Source of the DNA: Candidatus Bathyarchaeota archaeon
Lineage (GTDB): Archaea > Thermoproteota > Bathyarchaeia > TCS64 > B23
Reading direction: 5' to 3'
Assembly: GCA_937898665.1 (NCBI GenBank)
Contig: CALEIY010000017.1
Coordinates: 1-60,092 of the forward strand
Length of the DNA stretch: 60,092 nt
The notes beneath the pieces are model-generated. The model was not told the DNA's origin. It worked only from the letters and a program-made list of their open reading frames with translations, and did not search any database. The position numbers and the translations under genes are program-made. Numbering within the stretch: the stretch's first letter is position 1; each line of letters starts with the position of its first letter. Of the stretch, positions 35,723-45,229 are shown piece after piece.

Positions 35723-36679
35723 TCACTCCACCTTAATCCCCAATTTTGATAATAACTCTATCCCTCTCTTGCTCTTCGTCAGCCATTCATAGGCCCCCTG
35801 TAGGCCTCTAGGCTGGATCAGTAGCACGGCGATGAGGAAGAACATCGGTATCAATGGCCTATACTCGCCGACCCAGATGCCAAAGGTTGCCTGAAGCCTA
35901 TTTGTCAGCAGGATCTCCGAGAGGCCGACTCCGAATCCCCCTATAATGGCTCCATAGACGTTCTCCATCCCCCCTAGGAGGCTGCCGGCCATGATGCTGG
36001 TGATGATGTAGGATCCAGCCGCTGGGTGGGACTGGAACCACATTGGATACATAGCGCCGGCGAGGGCTGCGAGGCCTCCAGTGAGGAACCAGGAGTAGAG
36101 CTGGGTTCTATATACGTCGATGCCGAGAACCGATGCCAGCTCAGGGTCTTCAGCCACAGCCCTCATGGAGACGCCGAGCCTCGTCTTCGTCAGGAAGGTG
36201 TGGAGGAGGACGACGGTGACAATACAGATCGTAAGGGCTACGAAGAAGATCCCAGGTGTGCCCCCGAGTTGGAAGTCTTTCTCCTTCAATATGAAGAATA
36301 TAGTATAGGTCTTAAAGGTATCCCTAAGCCAGTAGGCGTAGATGTAGAGGAGAGCTGTGAGGAAGATGTCGATGGCGATGGTGGAGATCGTCAACACTAT
36401 GGCTCCACTACCCATCTTCGTGAGAACCCCAATTACAAGCATGTAGACGACGACCCCTATGCTACCGCCGACGAGGAAGGCTACGGGGAAGGAGATGTAG
36501 GGGTTTAGGCCTAAGATCTTAGAGATCGTGTAGTTGACGTAGATGCCGTAGCCAGCGTAGGTGCCGTGGGCGAAGTTGGGTATCTTAGCCGTCAAGTAGG
36601 TCATTGTGAAGCCGATGCTGAGGATGGTGATTTCGCAGGCATATACTATCGCGGCCATCACGAGTGGTGGTAATAGCAT
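35723..36679 (-). CDS. livH: Branched-chain amino acid-type ABC transporter permease (LivH-like)
   Basis: 318-aa polytopic protein with a GYGIYVNY.. region and Gly-rich helices. Confidence 0.8.
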   Translation of the reverse strand: MLLPPLVMAAIVYACEITILSIGFTMTYLTAKIPNFAHGTYAGYGIYVNYTISKILGLNPYISFPVAFLVGGSIGVVVYMLVIGVLTKMGSGAIVLTISTIAIDIFLTALLYIYAYWLRDTFKTYTIFFILKEKDFQLGGTPGIFFVALTICIVTVVLLHTFLTKTRLGVSMRAVAEDPELASVLGIDVYRTQLYSWFLTGGLAALAGAMYPMWFQSHPAAGSYIITSIMAGSLLGGMENVYGAIIGGFGVGLSEILLTNRLQATFGIWVGEYRPLIPMFFLIAVLLIQPRGLQGAYEWLTKSKRGIELLSKLGIKVE

Positions 36680-36882
36680 AATCCCATCACTCCCATAATG
36701 GAGCCTTCCATCACTTAAATAAATTTTTTTAAACGCAGCAATTCATTTAGAGTTTGATTCCTATTCTGTGATATTCAATTCTGGTTATTTTTAGCGAAAA
36801 TATAAACACACCCCTCCATATTGACTCTAAAAACTTATATAAGGATCAGTAACGATACTAAAAATTGCGAAAATAAAAAGAG

Positions 36883-38217
36883 GTGAAAACTTTGGAGCGA
36901 AGTGCTATTGCTCTTGCTGTGGTTTTATTGATTGTTGGCCTAGGGATTGGTGTCGGCGTCGGTAGATACACGGCTCCGGTAAAGGTGAAGGAGGTAACTA
37001 AGACCGTCACCGTCGAGACCAGACCTCTGGAGGGCAAGACCATCCAATTCGGCGATATAGTTGCCCAGACATCTGACCTGGAGACCTACAAGCCGATCCT
37101 CGATAACGTCATCCTTCCCGACATAAATGAGTATGCGAAGCTCCTAGGCTATGACGTGAAGTTTGAGGGCCTCCTAGACGACGCTCAGGCTCAGGCCGCT
37201 ATCCACTTGGAGAAGGTTCAGAGCTTCAAGGCTATGGGCGTCAACCTACTCATCTGTGGTCGATGGTCGTCCCAGGCTCAGGCCGCCCTATCATACGTCA
37301 ATGAGAACGACATGATCATGTTCAGCCCCTCCTCCACCTCTCCGCTGCTGTGGATCGAGGGTGACAGGCTCTTCAGGATGTGTCCAAATGACTATATCCA
37401 GGCTCCAGCCATCGCTAAGATGCTTTGGACCTGGGGGATCAAAGGCGTCATAGTGATTCAGAGGGGAGACCCGTGGGCAGATGGTATATATAATATCTTC
37501 GAGAAGGAGTTCCCGAAGCTGGGTGGCGAGATCCTCGCTAGAGTGAGGTACGCCGCTGAGGTGACGGAGTTCAGCAGCTACCTAGAGCAGATGGAGGAGG
37601 TCGCAAAGGAGGCCGTTGAGAAATACGGTGCAGAACATGTCGGCATCTTACCTATCAGCTTCACCGAAATCGTCACCATACTAACTCAGGCTAAGGATTA
37701 CCCAACCATATACAATCTAATGTGGTTCGGCACCGATGGTACAGCCTTCGTTGCACAGCTTGTAGACGATGCACCAGAGCACGCTGATCATTGCAAGGTG
37801 CTGAGCACTCTAGCAGCTCCAGCAGAATCGCCAAAATGGGATTACTTAATGGAGAAATCCTATGAGGTGAGGAACATGCCTGCAGATTACTACACGGCGT
37901 GTGCCTATGACATCTATCTCGCTTATGTCCACATAATCTTAGAGGAGCAGACCGATGAGCCGAGTGAGATCGCCGACCATATCATACCATACTGCTATGA
38001 CCTCTTCGGAACCAGCGGCTGGTGTCAGCTCGATAAGTGTGGAGATAGGGCTGCTGCCAACTATGACATATGGGGCTATACCATCGTCGATGGGAAGTGC
38101 ACTTACGTCAAGTATGGTGTCTATAGTAGCGTAACCGGCGAAGTAAAATGGTTTGAGAAGGGAGTAACAACGGAAGGAGTAGAGGTTCCAGGGCTAACTC
38201 CACCTGGTCAGGGTTAA
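36883..38217 (+). CDS. Type I periplasmic-binding-fold substrate-binding protein (LivJ/K-like), membrane anchored
   Basis: N-terminal TM anchor AIALAVVLLIVGLGIGVGVG, then an SBP domain of about 400 aa. Divergent from the permeases, upstream of the ATPases. Confidence 0.8.
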   Translation: MKTLERSAIALAVVLLIVGLGIGVGVGRYTAPVKVKEVTKTVTVETRPLEGKTIQFGDIVAQTSDLETYKPILDNVILPDINEYAKLLGYDVKFEGLLDDAQAQAAIHLEKVQSFKAMGVNLLICGRWSSQAQAALSYVNENDMIMFSPSSTSPLLWIEGDRLFRMCPNDYIQAPAIAKMLWTWGIKGVIVIQRGDPWADGIYNIFEKEFPKLGGEILARVRYAAEVTEFSSYLEQMEEVAKEAVEKYGAEHVGILPISFTEIVTILTQAKDYPTIYNLMWFGTDGTAFVAQLVDDAPEHADHCKVLSTLAAPAESPKWDYLMEKSYEVRNMPADYYTACAYDIYLAYVHIILEEQTDEPSEIADHIIPYCYDLFGTSGWCQLDKCGDRAAANYDIWGYTIVDGKCTYVKYGVYSSVTGEVKWFEKGVTTEGVEVPGLTPPGQG

Positions 38218-38306
38218 ACCCATCTTTTTTGAGTTCTCTTTCTCTCCGGGAATGGGTGAAAAATATTTAAGGTTCTAATTGAGGTTAGTATGGTTGGTCG
38301 AAGGGG

Positions 38307-39068
38307 ATGACCGAAGTTCTCAGGGTTGAGAATGTGAGGAAATTCTTCGGTAAATTCGCAGCTGTCGACGGCGTAAGCTTCACCCTCCATGAGGGGGGGA
38401 TATACCTCCTCGTCGGCCCTAATGGATGTGGAAAGACGACGCTTGTCAACTGCATCTCAGGCTACTTCAAGCCTGAGGAGGGACGCATCTACTACCGAGG
38501 TGTCGACATCACCGATGAGCCGATGTACATCAGAGCCAGGAGGGGATTGGTGAGAACCTTCCAGATCGCATCCCCATTCATGGCCCTGACGACCCTGGAG
38601 AATATGCTCGTCGCCCTCCCCGACAACGCGGGTGAGAACATCTTCCTCTCCCTCTTCAGGCCGACCTGGATCGACAGCGAGATCAGCGCGGTGCGGAGGG
38701 CTGCGGAGCTCCTGAGGGTTCTCGGCCTCATGCATGTCTGGAATAAGCCAGCTAAGACCCTCAGCGGAGGCGAGCTCAAGCTCCTGGAGATTGGGAGGGC
38801 GCTGATGAGCGGCGGTGAGACCATCCTCCTCGACGAGCCCGTAGGCAGCATAGACCCGAAGCTCTGCCACCAGATCTTCAGCCACATCATAAAGCTGAGG
38901 GATGAGCTGAACATCACCTTCCTAGTCATCGAGCACCGCCTCGAGGTCGCCGCCCAGTATGCCGACTGGGTCTTCGCCATGGATAGGGGCAAACTCGTCT
39001 GCCAGGGCAGAGCTGAGGAGGTCTTCGAGGATCCAAGGGTCATCACCTCATACCTAGGGGAGGAGTGA
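38307..39068 (+). CDS. livG: ABC transporter ATP-binding protein (LivG-like)
   Basis: GPNGCGKTT, LSGGELKLLEIGRAL, LLDEP. Confidence 0.9.
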   Translation: MTEVLRVENVRKFFGKFAAVDGVSFTLHEGGIYLLVGPNGCGKTTLVNCISGYFKPEEGRIYYRGVDITDEPMYIRARRGLVRTFQIASPFMALTTLENMLVALPDNAGENIFLSLFRPTWIDSEISAVRRAAELLRVLGLMHVWNKPAKTLSGGELKLLEIGRALMSGGETILLDEPVGSIDPKLCHQIFSHIIKLRDELNITFLVIEHRLEVAAQYADWVFAMDRGKLVCQGRAEEVFEDPRVITSYLGEE

Positions 39069-39072
39069 GAAA

Positions 39073-39822
39073 ATGGGAAACATAATTGAGACTAAGGGTT
39101 TAAACGCGGGTTATGGGCCTATCCACGTCCTCTATGACCTAGACTTCGAGGCTCCAGATGAGGCTGTAACCGTTATCGTAGGCCCCAACGGCGTCGGCAA
39201 GACGACGCTCCTAAAGGCCATAATGGGATTGGTCACCATCTACTCTGGGAAGATATACTTCCAGGGGAAGGATATAACGAAGATGCCGCCCCATGAGAGA
39301 ACACGTATAGGTATAGGGTACATGCCTCAGGTGGGCAACATCTTCAGCAGGCTGACGGTGTGGGAGAATCTAAAGATGGCGGCCTACATCGTTAAGGATC
39401 AGAGTAAGATCGAGGAGAAGCTGGAGATGATCTTCACCCTATTCCCGAAGCTGAAGGGCTTCCTACATCGAAAGGCTGGAACCCTCAGTGGAGGTGAGAG
39501 GCAGATGCTCGCTGAGAGCATGGTGCTTATCAGAGACCCGAGGGTGATGCTCGTCGACGAGCCGACGGCGGGTCTGATGCCAAAGCTGGTGACGGAGGTT
39601 ATGAAGAAGTTCAAGGAGATGGCCGAGCTGACGGGTCTACCCGTAATCCTCGTGGAGCAGAGGGCCCGTAGGGCTCTGCAGGTAGGCGACTATGCATACA
39701 TGATGAGGCATGGCCGCTTCATCTTCAAGGGAACCGCCAAGGAGCTCCTGAATCATCCACACCTGACGGAGATGTACCTCGGCGCCATAGAGGTCAGGGA
39801 GCTGAGGTACGTCAGAGAGTAG
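39073..39822 (+). CDS. livF: ABC transporter ATP-binding protein (LivF-like)
   Basis: GPNGVGKTT, LSGGERQML, LVDEP. Confidence 0.9.
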   Translation: MGNIIETKGLNAGYGPIHVLYDLDFEAPDEAVTVIVGPNGVGKTTLLKAIMGLVTIYSGKIYFQGKDITKMPPHERTRIGIGYMPQVGNIFSRLTVWENLKMAAYIVKDQSKIEEKLEMIFTLFPKLKGFLHRKAGTLSGGERQMLAESMVLIRDPRVMLVDEPTAGLMPKLVTEVMKKFKEMAELTGLPVILVEQRARRALQVGDYAYMMRHGRFIFKGTAKELLNHPHLTEMYLGAIEVRELRYVRE

Positions 39823-39827
39823 ACGCC

Positions 39828-40172
39828 CTAATATATTCCAGGTATAAGCCTCCACCTCACCCGTTTCATATACCTTCTATATGCCTCTCCATATCTTTTG
39901 AGCAGCTCCTTCTCCTCTCCTCTGATATGGAGCGGTATGACTGCTAGGGTTATGAGCAGCAGCATCAGGGTCTCGGGGATCGTTATCAGGAGGGCTAAGC
40001 CGAGGACGAGGATGAGAAAGGATGCATATAGGGGATGTCTAACATGGGAGTAGGGGCCATAGGTTATCAGCTTACCCCTATAGTGCCTCCTCCAGAATAT
40101 CCACCATCGAAGGCAGAGGATGCCTCCAAGGGCTGTCAGGGGCGCCCCGATCAGCTGATTCAACGATAGCAT
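39828..40172 (-). CDS. Short ICMT/phospholipid methyltransferase-family membrane protein
   Basis: GPYSHVRHPLYASFLILVLG and EEKELLKRYGEAYRRY motifs. Confidence 0.6.
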   Translation of the reverse strand: MLSLNQLIGAPLTALGGILCLRWWIFWRRHYRGKLITYGPYSHVRHPLYASFLILVLGLALLITIPETLMLLLITLAVIPLHIRGEEKELLKRYGEAYRRYMKRVRWRLIPGIY

Positions 40173-40216
40173 CGATCAACTTAAAGGTCAATCCATGTAA
40201 ATAGTGTGGGGATGCC

Positions 40217-40525
40217 ATGTCCGAGCCCCGTAGGGTTAAGATCACGGTTCTAAAGTGTATGAGGCCTGAGGAGGTCTTCAAGGAGTCTCCAGTTAAGGGT
40301 GGCCCAACGGAGCCATGCCCAGTCTTCAAGGAGGGGCAGGTCTTCTACGTGGAGGATGGAAGTATGCCTGAGGGCTTCTGCACCTGGGCATGGAATGATA
40401 TCTACAAGGTGGTTTTAACCCTGAGGTTTAACGGCGACTTCCCCTGGTATGAGGAGAGGGGCGTCATGATCTGCTGCTGCACCGACGGGTTGAGACCCGT
40501 AATCTTCAGGGTTGAGAGGGCTTAG
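40217..40525 (+). CDS. Cys-rich small protein resembling the TIGR04076 family
   Basis: PCPVFKEGQVF, PEGFCTWAW and CCCTDGLRPVIF blocks. Confidence 0.5.
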   Translation: MSEPRRVKITVLKCMRPEEVFKESPVKGGPTEPCPVFKEGQVFYVEDGSMPEGFCTWAWNDIYKVVLTLRFNGDFPWYEERGVMICCCTDGLRPVIFRVERA

Positions 40526-41388
40526 CTGGATATATGCTCCTCAACCAATCTCTGCAGCGTCTGAGCCTTCATCTGGGCGAGGGAGAGGAGCTCGCTGAGG
40601 GTTTCAGGCGTCGGGTAGGCGGCCTCCAGGGCGACCTTCCTCGCATTGAGGTAGGCCTTTGAGAGGATCATCGGGAGAGTTTCAGGCGTCGGGTAGGCCG
40701 CCTCAACGGCCACTCGGAAGGCGTCGGAGTAGGCCTTCATCAGCTCCTCCCTGTAGGCCTCGACATCTATCTGGAGCTCCTCCCTTGGGATGACCCTGCC
40801 ATGGTCGTAGACGGCCTTGATCTCCAATCCCATCTCGGCTACCCTCATCCCAAGTCGGCTGAGAACCTCCGCGAGGTCTCTGGAGATTACGTCTCCAGGC
40901 CTTGCGACTACCGTGTCCTTTGCAACCCATATGCTTCCACTCTCGATGCGTGTTCTCACCCCTAGAGAGGCGAGCTGGCTTAGGATCGGCCCAGGCGAGA
41001 GACCCGTATTTCCGGCTGGTATGACGATCTCCTCAGTGGCTATGTCGCCGGGCTTTGCGAAGACCTTCACCTTATTCTTGCTGAGGGTCATCGCCAATTC
41101 GAAGGGGTTGCCGTTGTAGAAGATGAAGATGTTCTGCCCCTTTATGGCGTTGAAGAACTCTTTGATGTTGGGCATATCAAGCTTCTCCATCGCCCGTCTC
41201 ATCAAGGTGTTCTTTATCACCTTGAAGACCATCTTCCCTCTCAGCTTCTTCCTCAGATCCTGGAGCATTCTGCTCTCGATCTTGTGGAGGTCTGCCACCC
41301 CTATGACCTCATACTCCTTTAGAAGCCTCAGGGCCTCCTCGACGATGCGGGCCTTCCTCTCCCTAGCTCTCCTACTCATAGGCTTCAC
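40522..41388 (-). CDS. rpl10: Ribosomal stalk protein uL10 (P0)
   Basis: ERKARIVEE...YEVIGVADLHKI N-terminus and position after uL1. Confidence 0.9.
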   Translation of the reverse strand: MKPMSRRARERKARIVEEALRLLKEYEVIGVADLHKIESRMLQDLRKKLRGKMVFKVIKNTLMRRAMEKLDMPNIKEFFNAIKGQNIFIFYNGNPFELAMTLSKNKVKVFAKPGDIATEEIVIPAGNTGLSPGPILSQLASLGVRTRIESGSIWVAKDTVVARPGDVISRDLAEVLSRLGMRVAEMGLEIKAVYDHGRVIPREELQIDVEAYREELMKAYSDAFRVAVEAAYPTPETLPMILSKAYLNARKVALEAAYPTPETLSELLSLAQMKAQTLQRLVEEHISS

Positions 41389-41389
41389 C

Positions 41390-42034
41390 TCAGATGAGTC
41401 TCACCGCTGGCCCCATTGTGAGCTTCACATATGCCGACTTTATGTTGCCCATACCCTTCTTCAGCGTCCTCAGGAGGGTTGAGAAGACGGCTTCGATGTT
41501 CTCAGCCACCTCCTCGTCGCTCATCCCCTCCTTTCCGACGATGCACATAACATAGGGTTTATCCCTACTCCTGAGAAGGATCGTCTTCCTCTCCCTCTCC
41601 ATGACCTCCTCTATCGATGCCTGGGGTGGAACCGGCGTGGGCATCTTACCCCTCGGCCCGAGGATTGGGCCTACGATGCGGCCTATGAGGGGCATGAGCG
41701 GCGCCTCGGCGAGGAAGAGGTCATAGTCCTTAAGCCTCCTCTTCACCTCCTTCTTGTCTCCAGCGATGCTCTGAAGCTCGTTTGGATCCATCACCTCGTC
41801 GGCTCCGGCCTCCCTGGCTCTCAGGGCGAGGTCTCCGGAGGCGAAGACGAGGACTCTGCGTTTACCGACTCCGTTTGGAAGCCTTATCTTCAGGTTTATC
41901 CTGTTTTCAGGCCTCTTCAGGTCGATGTCCTTGAGGTTTATCATCAGCTCTATCGACTGCTCGAATCGGCGTTTAGGTGAGACCTTTCTAGCCTCCCTCA
42001 AGGCCTCTAGGATTCTCTCCCTTGGAATCGACAT
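41390..42034 (-). CDS. rpl1: Ribosomal protein uL1
   Basis: KRRFEQSIELMINLK and GKMPTPVPP motifs. Confidence 0.95.
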   Translation of the reverse strand: MSIPRERILEALREARKVSPKRRFEQSIELMINLKDIDLKRPENRINLKIRLPNGVGKRRVLVFASGDLALRAREAGADEVMDPNELQSIAGDKKEVKRRLKDYDLFLAEAPLMPLIGRIVGPILGPRGKMPTPVPPQASIEEVMERERKTILLRSRDKPYVMCIVGKEGMSDEEVAENIEAVFSTLLRTLKKGMGNIKSAYVKLTMGPAVRLI

Positions 42035-42071
42035 CTAGGCTCCCCCCTCCTCCGATGCCTGATATAAAGTT

Positions 42072-42557
42072 TTACTCCTCCTTGAGCTTGTCATCGTAGG
42101 CCCCTTCATCTATAAGCCTTAAAACCTCCTTCACCGGCTTGCCGTCGACGGTTATACCCATGCTTAGGCAGCTTCCCAGAATCTCCTTCACAGCTCCCTT
42201 AAGGGTGGCGGCGAGGAGGTCGTCCCACTTCTTCTTAGCTATCTCCACCACCTGGTCGAAGGTTAGGTTGCCCACGAACTCCCTCTTCGGATCGGAGGAT
42301 CCCTTCTCCAGGCCGAGGGTTTGGGTGATATGGGCGTAGGTTGAGAGGGAGCCGAGCTTCACGGTGAACTCCTTCGTATCGGTGTCTACGGTGACCTCCA
42401 CGGGTACCTTCACACCCTTATAGACCGCTGTAACCTCATTGATCTTGTTGACCACCATCATCACGTTTATGCCTAGGGGGCCGAGGGCCGGCCCAATCGG
42501 CGGCCCCCCCGTCGCCTCCCCGCCTGTGACGATGAACTTGAAGGTTTTCTTCACCAT
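42072..42557 (-). CDS. rpl11: Ribosomal protein uL11
   Basis: GGEATGGPPIGPALGPLGINV. Confidence 0.95.
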   Translation of the reverse strand: MVKKTFKFIVTGGEATGGPPIGPALGPLGINVMMVVNKINEVTAVYKGVKVPVEVTVDTDTKEFTVKLGSLSTYAHITQTLGLEKGSSDPKREFVGNLTFDQVVEIAKKKWDDLLAATLKGAVKEILGSCLSMGITVDGKPVKEVLRLIDEGAYDDKLKEE

Positions 42558-42997
42558 TAGCCCTCCCTCACCTCCCTTACATAGTCTGCGTGAACCGTTA
42601 TCGGAAGCGTGAAGCTCGCCTCCAGCAGCTCTATTGTGACTTCTTCCTTAGCCTCATCGATCCTGATGATTCGGGCCTGCATTCCCTTGAAGGGGCCTGC
42701 CACCACCTCTACGATGGCTCCCTCCCTCAACCCCTCTATAGCCGGCTTTGTTTCGAGGTAGTGATCCACCTCAGCTGGGTTCACTACGCCTGGGACTCGG
42801 CCTCTGACGTGTCTCATTCCCCTTATCAGCTCGTCGACCATGTGGGGCATAGCCGCCTCAACTATTATGTAGCCTCTGAGCTCCGCTGGGGCGAGGATGG
42901 CGGCTATCGGCAGCCCCTCCACCTCCGCTCTGTCGGCTAGCATCATCGCAACATTTCTCTCCTGGCCTACCGTCACCTTCACAGCGTAGAGGGGCAT
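42557..42997 (-). CDS. spt5: Transcription elongation factor Spt5 (NusG)
   Basis: NGN domain (YAVKVTVGQERNVA) and KOW (GAIVEVVAGPFKGMQARI). Confidence 0.9.
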   Translation of the reverse strand: MPLYAVKVTVGQERNVAMMLADRAEVEGLPIAAILAPAELRGYIIVEAAMPHMVDELIRGMRHVRGRVPGVVNPAEVDHYLETKPAIEGLREGAIVEVVAGPFKGMQARIIRIDEAKEEVTIELLEASFTLPITVHADYVREVREG

Positions 42998-43054
42998 CCC
43001 TCACACCCTAAGACGCTTAACCATACTCTCCTGGGGGAGAATTAAACCTATTGG

Positions 43055-43225
43055 TCATATGCCCTGGAGGGTTACCGAGATCAGCCTAATCAGGTAGCCT
43101 ATCCCCCCTATGAGGGCTACTCCCATGAGGCAGACCTTAACGCTGAGCCAGAAGGTTCTACGATCCGGCTTTGAGATTGTTCTCAGCAGCCTTGAGGCCG
43201 ATGTCAGGAATTCTCTCAGGCCCAT
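43055..43225 (-). CDS. secE: Protein translocase subunit SecE / Sec61-gamma (56 aa)
   Basis: Below the ORF-track cutoff. MGLREFLTSASRLLRTISKPDRRTFWLSVKVCLMGVALIGGIGYLIRLISVTLQGI, in the canonical position upstream of spt5. Confidence 0.75.
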   Translation of the reverse strand: MGLREFLTSASRLLRTISKPDRRTFWLSVKVCLMGVALIGGIGYLIRLISVTLQGI

Positions 43226-43259
43226 CTGACGCTCCTAATCGTCGGGAGCCTTAAAACCT

Positions 43260-44162
43260 TTATGGGAGCAGCCTCTCCACCAGCCAGTCTGGATTGAAGG
43301 GTTGGAGGTCGCCATAGCCCTGACCCGTGCCGAGGTATAGGATGGGCTTACCCGTCGAGTAGGCGATGCTCAGGCTTGATCCACCCCTCGCATCGGCGTC
43401 CACCTTCGTTATTATGGCTGCGTCGAAGCCCACTTCTCGGTTGAAGGTCTCAGCCTGTTCAACGGCGTCGTTTCCCGTCAAGGCGTCGACGACGAGGATG
43501 GTCAGATCAGGCTGTATAACCCGCTTTATCTTACGGAGCTCCTCCATGAGGTTTCGATTCGTCTGCATCCTCCCAGCCGTGTCGATTAGCACGGCGTCGT
43601 AGCCCCTAGCCCTGGCGTGTTCAACGGCGTCATAGCTGACGGCGGCTGGGTCAGCCCCATATCGATGTCTGATCACCCTCAGCCCAAGCCTCCTGGCATG
43701 CTCCTCCAGCTGCTCTATGGCCCCAGCTCTGTAGGTGTCTCCCGAGGCGAGTACGACCCTGTAGCCGTGATCGGTCAGCAGCTTCGCCACCTTCGCTATC
43801 GTCGTCGTCTTCCCAGTTCCGTTTACGCCTATGAAGAGTAGGATGAGTGGCTCACCGCTTCTTCGCTTCTCCTCCACCATCTTCGGTAGATCTTCAGATG
43901 GCGCCCTGAGTATCTCCCTCAACGCCTCTCGAAGGGCCTCTCTGACTATCCGCCCCCTATCGCCGAAGCGGGGGGCCTCCGCCTCTAGGAGGCGTCTCTT
44001 AAGCTCCGAGCCGATATGCTCAGCTACCTTCAGGGCGACGTCGTTTGAGATGAGTTGGAGTTGGAGCTCCCATAGGATTTGATCCAGCTCCTCCTCTGTG
44101 AATCTCCTCTTGGAGAGCCTCTCCACCAGGCCTTTAAGGCTCTCCCTAAGTTTCTCGAACAC
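43260..44162 (-). CDS. ftsY: Signal recognition particle receptor FtsY
   Basis: GVNGTGKTTT and DTAGR motifs, NG domain. Confidence 0.9.
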   Translation of the reverse strand: MFEKLRESLKGLVERLSKRRFTEEELDQILWELQLQLISNDVALKVAEHIGSELKRRLLEAEAPRFGDRGRIVREALREALREILRAPSEDLPKMVEEKRRSGEPLILLFIGVNGTGKTTTIAKVAKLLTDHGYRVVLASGDTYRAGAIEQLEEHARRLGLRVIRHRYGADPAAVSYDAVEHARARGYDAVLIDTAGRMQTNRNLMEELRKIKRVIQPDLTILVVDALTGNDAVEQAETFNREVGFDAAIITKVDADARGGSSLSIAYSTGKPILYLGTGQGYGDLQPFNPDWLVERLLP

Positions 44163-44604
44163 CTGCTCTCCCTCTCAGCTCAGCTGCGAGTCGGCTGATA
44201 CCCTCCTGATGGATCTCCATCTGGGTGAGCAGCTGCTCCAGCTGCTGCTCCACGGCCCTAGAGGCCCTCTCAACCTCCTCTAGTCTATTGGAGAGATCCT
44301 CCAACGCCTTTTCAGGCTCCATCTCCACCGAGACGTCGGCTCCTACGCCGACGATCACTCTCTTGAGGGCTCCAATCTTGGCGTCTATATAGGTTCCGCC
44401 GCCGATGGGTATGAGGATCGGCGTCCCCTCCTCCACATCCCTCAAGGCCTTTAGGGCTGACTCAGCTATCCGCAGCTCCGCCTCCATGGATCTGAGGAGT
44501 TCAAGTCTCCGCTGTAGAACCTCAGCCGAGCTCTGCATCAATCTTAGCTCGGCTATGAGTCTCCTCAGCGTCTCCTCCTTCTCAGAGGTTTTCTCCCCGC
44601 TCAA
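44146..44604 (-). CDS. pfdA: Prefoldin alpha subunit
   Basis: 152-aa coiled-coil/beta-hairpin/coiled-coil layout, in the conserved position before ftsY. Confidence 0.8.
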   Translation of the reverse strand: MSGEKTSEKEETLRRLIAELRLMQSSAEVLQRRLELLRSMEAELRIAESALKALRDVEEGTPILIPIGGGTYIDAKIGALKRVIVGVGADVSVEMEPEKALEDLSNRLEEVERASRAVEQQLEQLLTQMEIHQEGISRLAAELRGRAGVRET

Positions 44605-44782
44605 TCTCCTCTACCTCTAGGATCTTGATCTGGAATCTCTTAGCCCTATGTCTGCTTCCCAGGTCGCAGTATATCTTCTCCAGGGCGTCTCTAAGCCTCG
44701 TCGCCGGTATCTCCTTCTCGAATCTCATGGGTTCTAGGAGCTGCGGCTTTCGGATTTCACCCTTAATCCTGTAGAGCTTCAC
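44582..44782 (-). CDS. rplX: Ribosomal protein LX (eL20 family)
   Basis: VKLYRIKGEIRK...LEKIYCDLGSRHRAKRFQIKILEVEEI. GTG at 44782 is preferred because the track start at 44836 overlaps rpl31e by 74 nt. Confidence 0.7.
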   Translation of the reverse strand: MKLYRIKGEIRKPQLLEPMRFEKEIPATRLRDALEKIYCDLGSRHRAKRFQIKILEVEEIERGENL

Positions 44783-45065
44783 CTCGCTCAACTCCCCTCC
44801 CCTCGGCGAGGGTGACCCTGACGACTCCATCCTCATCCTTCGTCATCTTCACCCTTATCCGCCTAGGGGGCTTCTGTATCCCCCTCCTCCAGATGGCCTC
44901 GTTGACCTCTGGGTCTATGATTATCTCCGTCGGCTTCATATGTCTCTCCACGAACTCTCGGAGCACCCTCACCGCCTTCTCAGCTCTCCTCCATCTAGGC
45001 GCCGCCCACGCCTTTTTAAGCGGCACCGTGTAGATGCGCTCCTCAACCGCCTCCGACATCTCCAT
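44763..45065 (-). CDS. rpl31e: Ribosomal protein eL31
   Basis: RIYTVPLKKAW...RAEKAVRVLREFV...IWRRGIQKPPRRIRVK. Confidence 0.9.
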   Translation of the reverse strand: MEMSEAVEERIYTVPLKKAWAAPRWRRAEKAVRVLREFVERHMKPTEIIIDPEVNEAIWRRGIQKPPRRIRVKMTKDEDGVVRVTLAEGRGVERGEALQD

Positions 45066-45069
45066 TCAC

Positions 45070-45228
45070 CTAATCCTTGAGCTTACTCCTCCTCCAGTGC
45101 CTCCTGCTCTTAGGGCTGGAGCGTACTCTACCCATGGTCTTTAATATGATCCAGGCTGGGACAGGTCTATTCTGCTTTCCAGCTTTCGCCAATCTAAGCT
45201 TATAGGCCAGCGGCTTATATCTCCCCAT
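45070..45228 (-). CDS. rpl39e: Ribosomal protein eL39 (52 aa)
   Basis: Below the ORF-track cutoff. [52 protein letters not shown]. Confidence 0.85.
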   Translation of the reverse strand: MGRYKPLAYKLRLAKAGKQNRPVPAWIILKTMGRVRSSPKSRRHWRRSKLKD

Positions 45229-45229
45229 C

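Noticed and set aside
38492-39046. 184-aa minus-strand ORF
   Set aside because: It is antisense to the LivG-like ATPase, which has Walker A/B and signature motifs.
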